The notes under the pieces: model-generated | Databases searched by the model: none | What the model was told of the DNA's origin: nothing | Seen by the model: the letters and a program-made list of their open reading frames with translations, nothing else | Translations under genes and position numbers: made by a program | Shown: piece by piece, positions 57,853-64,000 of the stretch | Layout of the letters: every line of letters begins with the position of its first letter | How positions within the stretch are numbered: position 1 is the first letter of the stretch | NCBI RefSeq assembly: GCF_011745625.1 | Contig: NW_027191457.1 | Span: 62,001 to 126,000, forward strand | DNA from: Cladosporium halotolerans | Taxonomy: Eukaryota | DNA: 64,000 nt | Direction of reading: 5' to 3'

Positions 57853-60729
57853 ATGCCGAAATCCGTCGCCTCCTACCGCTCCTACGACACGAGCCGCACC
57901 GCCGACGACGACGACCCCTCGCCCTCGGACGACGAAGAGACCCGCGTCCGCCAGGCAGAAGCCTTCCGCAACGCCCAGCGCAATGCCCAGGCCGGCGTGC
58001 CCTCCTCGCCCCTCGCAACCCGCTACACCTCCTCGCACAACTCCCTCTCCGACCTGCGCGCCGGGGCTCCCATGTCCCGCAGTCAGCTGCTGAACGAGGG
58101 CTCCGGCCTGCTGCTGCACCCGGACCCGTCTGCCAGCGGCTACCGCACCATGCCAGCGAGCACGCCCGCCACGCCGCGCCGGGGCATCAGCCGGCGGACG
58201 AGCTACGCCAACAGCATGCGGCTGAGAGGACAGAGCAGACGTGGCTCGTTCGTGAGGAAGGTGTCAAGAGCGCTGGGCGGGATCGAAGGGTCGATATCGG
58301 GGGACCGAGACGAGCAGCCGCCCATGTCGGCGTCGCTCAAGGACGACCGCGTGTGGTACGACCAGTTCACGTCGACGGACTGGGTGCACGACAGCATCGC
58401 GGACGCGTACCGGGTGAAAGAGCTGCGTATGCGCAAGGACTGGCGGGGCAAGCTGCAGGCGCTGTTCGACGGCGCGCAGGGCTGGATCTTGGTTGCTATC
58501 ATTGGTATCTTAGTCGCCGCCCTGGCGTACTGCATCGACGTCACCGAGTCGGCGATCTTCGACTACAAGACGGGCTACTGCTCGACCAACTGGCGGTACA
58601 GCAAACGCAAGTGCTGCGCCGGCGCCAGCGTCTGCGACGAGTGGTGTCGGTGGTCGGGGCTGGCGCACCGCGAGGGCGATTCGAAGCTGTGGTCGGACTT
58701 TGCTGCGTTCTTCCTCTGGGTCGTCGTGCTGAGCTTGCTCGCTTGTTGGCTGACGCTGCAGACGAAGACCACCATCTCCTCGGCCGTCTCGCTGTCGACG
58801 CTGGACGAGAATCTCGGAGCCGATCCACGCGGGCCGGCGAAGAGCGGCGAGGACCACGACGACGGACTCGGCGATGAGAGACGGCTTAACGAGGCTTCGC
58901 AGAAGCCGCCCATGGTGTATTACCCCGCGGCCGGGTCTGGCGTTGCTGAGGTCAAAGTCATCTTGTCCGGATTCGTTCTCCACGGATACCTCGGTGTGCA
59001 GACGTTGGTTTTCAAGACTCTCGGTCTGATCCTCAGCGTGGCTTCTGGCCTCTCCATCGGCAAGGAGGGCCCGTACGTGCACGTCGCGGCGTGCATAGGC
59101 AACATTGCGTGCCGTATGTTCAGCAAGTACCGGAACAACGACGGCAAACGCCGTGAGGTGCTCTCTGCTTCTGCGGCTGCTGGAGTGGCTGTCGCTTTTG
59201 GCGCGCCAATCGGTGGAGTCCTCTTCAGTCTCGAGGAAGTGAGCTATTATTTCCCGCCAAAGACGCTCTTCCGAACCTTCTTCTGTTGTATTGCTGCGGC
59301 GCTGTCGTTGCGTTTCCTCGATCCATATGGCACGAGCAAAATCGTCCTCTTCGAAGTGCGATACCTGACTGACTGGATGTTCTTCGAGCTTGGAGCTTTC
59401 ATCCTGCTGGGCATTCTGGGCGGTGCAACGGGCGCCTTGTTCATCAAGGCTAGTCGGATATGGGCCAAGACGTTTCGCCGGGTGCCTGTCATTAAGAAGC
59501 ATCCCATGTTCGAGGTCTTCCTCGTGGCAGTGCTGACGGGGATTGTCAGTTTCTGGAACAGATATACGCGCCTCCCAGTCGCAGAGCTGCTGTTCGAGCT
59601 TTCCTCGCCCTGCAGCACCTTCTCAGACACAGGGACTGGATTGTGCCCGACCGCCAGCAGAATTCCTGACACCATCTGGTACTTATGCTGGGCTTTTGTG
59701 GTAAAGGCGGCGCTCACGACAGTCACATTCGGCATCAAAGTCCCCGCCGGTATCTACGTCCCATCCATGGTCGTCGGTGGCTTACTCGGCCGCATCGTCG
59801 GCCACTCCGTGCAATGGCTCACAATCACATACCCCGACTTCGGCCTCTTCTCCGCCTGCCCAGCAGACGGCAACCCCGAATCCTGCGTCGTCCCCGGCGT
59901 CTACGCCCTCGTCGCCGCCGGCGCAACCATGTGCGGCGTCACCCGCCTCTCCGTGACCCTCGCCGTCATCCTCTTCGAACTCACCGGCTCCCTCGAACAC
60001 GTCCTCCCCTTCTCCCTCGGCGTGCTCATCGCCAAATGGACCGCCGACGCCCTCGAGCCCAGCAGCATCTACGACCTCCTCACCGACATGAACTCCTACC
60101 CCTTCCTCGACTCCAAGGTCCGCCCCATCTTCACCACCCAGCTCGGCGACATCACCCCCGCCCCGCACCCGCACCACTACGTCGACATCTCCCGCTCCCC
60201 GCTCGTCCCCGCCCCCCAGCTCCGCACCAAACTCAACCACCTGCACGCCGCCGGCGAGCTCGACGGCGCCCTCCCCATCCTCCGCGACACAGTCCTCGTC
60301 GGCCTCATCCCCGCCCCAGACCTCGAGTTCGCCCTCGACGGCCTCGAAAACGAACCCTCGGCCCTCTGCCTCATGTCCGCGCAAGCCCGCTGGCAAGGCC
60401 CGGGGCGCGGCGCGGTCCTCACGCTCGCGTCGCCCGAGACGTCCGACGACGAGGGCGAGGGCGACGACGACGTGGAAGCGCGCGCCGCGGACCCGCTCCT
60501 CGCTTCCGGCGGCGCGGGCGAGCCGAGGGACCCGACGGATTTCACGCCGTACATCGACCCCGCGCCGGTCGCGCTGGAGCTGTGCTCGCCGATGGATCTG
60601 GTGTACGAGTGTTTTGTCAAGCTGGGGCTGAGGTACATTTGCGTTCTGAGGGAGGGGCGGTTCGTGGGGTTGGTGCACAAGAAGGCGTTTGTGAAGTATT
60701 GTCGGGAGGTGGAGGAGGGGGGTTTCTAG
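57853..60729 (+). CDS. CLC-family chloride channel / Cl-/H+ antiporter with C-terminal CBS region
   Basis: Motifs YDQFTSTDWVHD, GSGVAE, GKEGP (gating Glu), LFSLEE (proton Glu), GIYVP, TRLSVTLAVILFELTG and SIYD. Confidence 0.96.
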   Translation: MPKSVASYRSYDTSRTADDDDPSPSDDEETRVRQAEAFRNAQRNAQAGVPSSPLATRYTSSHNSLSDLRAGAPMSRSQLLNEGSGLLLHPDPSASGYRTMPASTPATPRRGISRRTSYANSMRLRGQSRRGSFVRKVSRALGGIEGSISGDRDEQPPMSASLKDDRVWYDQFTSTDWVHDSIADAYRVKELRMRKDWRGKLQALFDGAQGWILVAIIGILVAALAYCIDVTESAIFDYKTGYCSTNWRYSKRKCCAGASVCDEWCRWSGLAHREGDSKLWSDFAAFFLWVVVLSLLACWLTLQTKTTISSAVSLSTLDENLGADPRGPAKSGEDHDDGLGDERRLNEASQKPPMVYYPAAGSGVAEVKVILSGFVLHGYLGVQTLVFKTLGLILSVASGLSIGKEGPYVHVAACIGNIACRMFSKYRNNDGKRREVLSASAAAGVAVAFGAPIGGVLFSLEEVSYYFPPKTLFRTFFCCIAAALSLRFLDPYGTSKIVLFEVRYLTDWMFFELGAFILLGILGGATGALFIKASRIWAKTFRRVPVIKKHPMFEVFLVAVLTGIVSFWNRYTRLPVAELLFELSSPCSTFSDTGTGLCPTASRIPDTIWYLCWAFVVKAALTTVTFGIKVPAGIYVPSMVVGGLLGRIVGHSVQWLTITYPDFGLFSACPADGNPESCVVPGVYALVAAGATMCGVTRLSVTLAVILFELTGSLEHVLPFSLGVLIAKWTADALEPSSIYDLLTDMNSYPFLDSKVRPIFTTQLGDITPAPHPHHYVDISRSPLVPAPQLRTKLNHLHAAGELDGALPILRDTVLVGLIPAPDLEFALDGLENEPSALCLMSAQARWQGPGRGAVLTLASPETSDDEGEGDDDVEARAADPLLASGGAGEPRDPTDFTPYIDPAPVALELCSPMDLVYECFVKLGLRYICVLREGRFVGLVHKKAFVKYCREVEEGGF

Positions 60730-60744
60730 ACTTTGGCTTTTCTG

Positions 60745-60783
60745 TTTTTTTTTTTTTTTTTTGTTTTTTTTGTTTTTGTTTTT
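60745..60783 (+). repeat. Poly(T)/(GT5) tract just after the CLC stop codon
   Basis: About 18 consecutive T followed by GTTTTT units. Confidence 0.85.
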
Positions 60784-61488
60784 GGCATGAGGTTTCGGTG
60801 CTGGACGGATGGGTCGGTCGAAAGCGTTCTGAGCGCGATGTTTGCTGTTGCGGTTGCATCTTTTTCTTTCTTTTTTTTCACTGGTTTCTCCTCTCGTTCG
60901 CAGCATCACAGGCGTTTTTATTCTCTGGAGCGAAGAACCAACTGCGCTGCTACAGTACTTTTTCTCCTGACCTTTCCGATGCATCGTGCATACATACGAT
61001 CGAAGCTTCGCGGAGGACGGCTGGCGCATTTATTAGAGATTTACTACTACACTATGACGAGGGCATTGAATGGAACGAAATACACGCACGCATGCATGGC
61101 ACATTCGACGGACTTTGACTCGGCGCTCAACCATTGTTGTTTTGTTATGCTAACGTCGTCGCTCACTGGTAAGTTTGACGTGGTAAGGCAAAACGGTAGT
61201 CGTGACATTTCATTACGTCCCGCGAAGCGCTGTGTCGACTTCTTCGGGCGTGAGAGATTACAATACTTGCTCGCTTGCATAACAACGCTCATCGATCCGA
61301 ACAAGAAAGCGCCGTTCCGGTCTTTTCCATCTAGGGCGACCGACGAGGACAGGGTTCATAATGCCCTCGCCCGCCCCTCAACGTGCCCTTCTCTTTCTTT
61401 CGAGGATCCTCGCGCTCGTACGCTAATAGAATAGAAAGGAAAGGCCAACTCGTATCCTAGGGAACACAACCAAAACAAGTCATCAATC

Positions 61489-64000
61489 TCACCTCCAAGC
61501 CGGCCTCGCACCCACGCTCCCCCGACTCCTGAACAAACCCTTCCTGGCTGGCGCCTCTAGCCCCGCGGCGCTCGCCGGCCTAGGCGAAAACCCCGGCTCC
61601 GTCATCGTCCTGGGCGAAATGCCCGGCCTTCCAGCAGCAGCAGCTCGATCCCTCGAGGCCGCGCGCGGCGATGGCGCGGCGGATCCGGGCCGTGGGCTGG
61701 CGAAGGCGGCGGAGCTGGTGCTCGGGCGGCGCATTTGGTAGGCGGCGGCGGGCGTGGAGGTTAGGTGGGGGAGGGGGGATTTCTCGCGTTCGCGGCGGGG
61801 GGTGGGGCGGGTTGCTGTTGTGGCGGAGCGGGAGTCGTCGGTGTTGGTGTTGGTGTTGGTGTTGCTGAGGCGGCGGAGGAGGTTTTGGGTTTTTTGCGTG
61901 AGGGAGGAGCGGGAGGTTGAGGCGGAGCGGGGGGAAGGGGCGGGGCGGGTCTTGGGTGGGGTTATGGTTGTGGTTGTGGAGGGGGCGTGTTGTTGGTGTT
62001 GGTTTTGGAGGCGCTGGAAGTCTGGCGATCGGGAGCGGGATTCGCGGTCTTGGACTGCGGTGCGGAAGCTGGAGGAGCCGGACTCATAGGAGTCTGCGCT
62101 GCCTGCGCTGCCGGATGTTGTGGGTCTCATGTCCAGGCGTCCGGGCATCGAGCGCAGAGTGGTTGGGCTGGTTTCTGCTCGGAAAAGCCCGGGTTTGACG
62201 AAGGGTGAAGAGGAGGCAGATTTGACCTCTGAACTTGACTTCCTACGTTGAGCCGGGTGTCCTTGCCGCATGAACGGTGGTGATACCGTGTTGCTGTTGA
62301 AGAACATGTCCGTAACGGTGGAGGGCTGTCGGTTGTGCTTGAGGAACCGCGATGGCGTCCCGTTGGTGATTGAGTTGCCGTCAGGGTATCCATCGTAGGA
62401 CATGCCGAAATCTCCTACAGCATCTGCTCGCGAGTCGTAGGCCTCGTCATCGGTCTCGCTGTCAAAATTCTCAAACCCGGTCCGATGGAAGGTCCGCTGC
62501 GCAACGCCTAGGCTGTCCGCTTGAGGCTGTGCATTGCTGACCTGGTATGGGCCACGCAGCTCTGCAGCCGATTCCATGTGTGCTGGCCCCACACTCGATC
62601 TCGGCTGTAGCGGTGCAAAATTATTGACTTGCGCTGGAGTTGTGTCGAGCAGACTGCGCTCGCCCACAGCACTCGACCGAGACATTCTGAGCATTCGTGT
62701 GTTCATGCTGTCTGGAGTCGGCGGGAACGAATCCTCACCAAACACCGGACTCCCAGGAGCTGCCGGCGTTCTTGGCATCTTATTTGGTCTACCGCCGAGT
62801 GCTGAAAAGGGCCTGATCGAGGCTGGCGTTCGCTGCGAGTCTGCTTTAGCAGATGCTGCGGTCGCAGTGGCAGCACTGGCCAGAGAATGCATGGACCTTT
62901 CAGCATTCTTCCGCAGCTGGTGAGGTGACTCCAAGATCGTCTCGGTCTGCAGCGGCGATGAGATCCTGTTGGACTTAGAAGGCGTATCGGCCATGCTCTC
63001 CCGGTCTTCTATCCATTGGTTGACACGAGAGATGCTGTCTTGACGGGAGTGTGCAGAGCCATATGGTCTCTCGCGCTCTGGCAGGTCGGCTTCATTTTCC
63101 CAGTCGAACTTTTCAGGGGTTTCGCCGTTCTTGCCGTATATGCTGGGAAAGCTGCTCTCACTGAGAGCACTGAGGCGAGGAGAGTTGAGCACTTCGTCCG
63201 CTAGAGCTTGTTCATCGATTGTGCTGGCTCGCTTGGACAAGATGGAATTGAAGCTCTTGACAGGGTGAAGGTCCTTTCCGGCGTCCAGGTAGACAGATCG
63301 CAGCGCCGTTGTGCTTGGCTTCTGTGAGGTCAGGAACGCAGGCTCCCTCCTTGGCCGTGCTGGAGTCGATGCCTGCACTGCGCTGCTGAGCCTGGCAGAT
63401 GCCGCAGCCGCATGCGCTGGGGTTTGCCTCGATGTTTGGTCGTTGATCGTCACCTCAGGTGGACTCGATGGCGGGACCTGTTCCTGCGTCTCCGTGCCAG
63501 CATAGCCTGAGTCTGCGTGAGCCGTGCTAGGCCTCGTCTCAGTTGCCCGAGCTTCTTCGTAGTCTTCAACCTTCTCTTCCAACTCGCAAATGATGTCAGC
63601 CGCTTCCTGAATCGCTTTGTCGCGCTTCTCCAGCTCCTCAACGAGCAGACTGTTAATCCGCATCAGTTCCGCATGCTCCTCCTCCAGCCTCTCCGCGCGC
63701 TCTACAGCCGCACGCATGCTCTCAATCTCAGCGTGCAGCTTCGCCTGGTTCTCGCGCCGATGGTCGAGCTCTAGCTTCAGATCAAAGTTCTGCTTCGTGA
63801 GGCGGTCCATTTGCTCATCCAGCTCCCTCGCGCCCGGCGTGCGGCGCTTTCGCCCTCCTGCACTGAGCGTACCACTGCCATTGCCGTTGTTGACTTCAGA
63901 ACCGTACTTTGAAAAAGGTGCCAACGGCGAGCTGTCGAACGGGCGGGAAGCAAGTCTGCTGTCCTCAGCCTCGGCGAAGAAGAGGTCGTCGTCAAGTCCA
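61489..64000 (-). CDS. Centrosomin motif 1 (CM1; Mto1/ApsB-like) coiled-coil protein, 5'-truncated by the window edge
   Basis: GARELDEQMDRLTKQNFDLKLELDHRRE resembles the gamma-tubulin-complex-binding CM1 motif and is followed by a coiled coil. The frame stays open from 63924 to the window end (GLDDDLFFAEAEDSRL...). Confidence 0.8.
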   Translation of the reverse strand, partial: GLDDDLFFAEAEDSRLASRPFDSSPLAPFSKYGSEVNNGNGSGTLSAGGRKRRTPGARELDEQMDRLTKQNFDLKLELDHRRENQAKLHAEIESMRAAVERAERLEEEHAELMRINSLLVEELEKRDKAIQEAADIICELEEKVEDYEEARATETRPSTAHADSGYAGTETQEQVPPSSPPEVTINDQTSRQTPAHAAAASARLSSAVQASTPARPRREPAFLTSQKPSTTALRSVYLDAGKDLHPVKSFNSILSKRASTIDEQALADEVLNSPRLSALSESSFPSIYGKNGETPEKFDWENEADLPERERPYGSAHSRQDSISRVNQWIEDRESMADTPSKSNRISSPLQTETILESPHQLRKNAERSMHSLASAATATAASAKADSQRTPASIRPFSALGGRPNKMPRTPAAPGSPVFGEDSFPPTPDSMNTRMLRMSRSSAVGERSLLDTTPAQVNNFAPLQPRSSVGPAHMESAAELRGPYQVSNAQPQADSLGVAQRTFHRTGFENFDSETDDEAYDSRADAVGDFGMSYDGYPDGNSITNGTPSRFLKHNRQPSTVTDMFFNSNTVSPPFMRQGHPAQRRKSSSEVKSASSSPFVKPGLFRAETSPTTLRSMPGRLDMRPTTSGSAGSADSYESGSSSFRTAVQDRESRSRSPDFQRLQNQHQQHAPSTTTTITPPKTRPAPSPRSASTSRSSLTQKTQNLLRRLSNTNTNTNTDDSRSATTATRPTPRREREKSPLPHLTSTPAAAYQMRRPSTSSAAFASPRPGSAAPSPRAASRDRAAAAGRPGISPRTMTEPGFSPRPASAAGLEAPARKGLFRSRGSVGARPAWR

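Noticed and set aside
9256..60729. Apparent membrane, lipid and peroxisome theme (PIK1, PEX26, GRAM-VASt, Atg38-like, TMEM184, 4CL-like, CLC) as a functional cluster
   Set aside because: The genes are interspersed with unrelated housekeeping genes, with no biosynthetic core enzyme or shared motif. Chance is a sufficient explanation.
59685..61118. 477-aa and 415-aa shadow ORFs over the CLC 3' half (similar ones at 45515-46366 and 52023-53228)
   Set aside because: Alternative-frame and antisense artefacts of extreme third-position C/G bias in real genes.
1..64000. Transposons, RIP-degraded AT-rich blocks, tRNA/rRNA, CRISPR arrays
   Set aside because: I saw no transposase/RT motifs, terminal repeats, AT-rich islands, cloverleafs or repeat-spacer arrays. 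Small ncRNAs could be missed without covariance-model searches.

Overview
Gene-dense, GC-rich eukaryotic DNA from a filamentous ascomycete. The GT-AG introns are short with CTRAC branch points, and the gene style suggests Pezizomycotina, possibly Dothideomycetes (inference). I built 22 protein-coding models by hand-splicing. In order: nuclear ATP9, a HET-domain protein, a RING E3-like protein, PI 4-kinase Pik1, a hypothetical protein with an SHD1-like C-terminus, an isochorismatase-family hydrolase, a CAF1/PARN nuclease, Iwr1, an HTH/Myb-like regulator behind about 6.3 kb of gene-free DNA, Pex26, a GRAM-VASt sterol transporter, an NRBF2/Atg38-like MIT protein, a TMEM184/OSTalpha protein, a WSC sensor, a peroxisomal 4CL-like ligase, a RING + R/S-rich protein, a Dal5/Tna1-type MFS transporter, a spliced 72-aa microprotein, an Iah1-like esterase, a CLC channel and a CM1-motif protein cut by the window edge. 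I found no supportable tRNA, rRNA, transposon or CRISPR array. The most notable observations are: (1) a recurring strand-symmetric switch from C/A-rich through a CpG-rich core to G/T-rich, independent of gene direction; (2) two in-frame 5' splice donors that could change the WSC sensor stalk length; (3) the microprotein; (4) the Atg38-like and SHD1-like domain calls; (5) several uORFs. All calls come from reading the sequence by eye; no searches were run.
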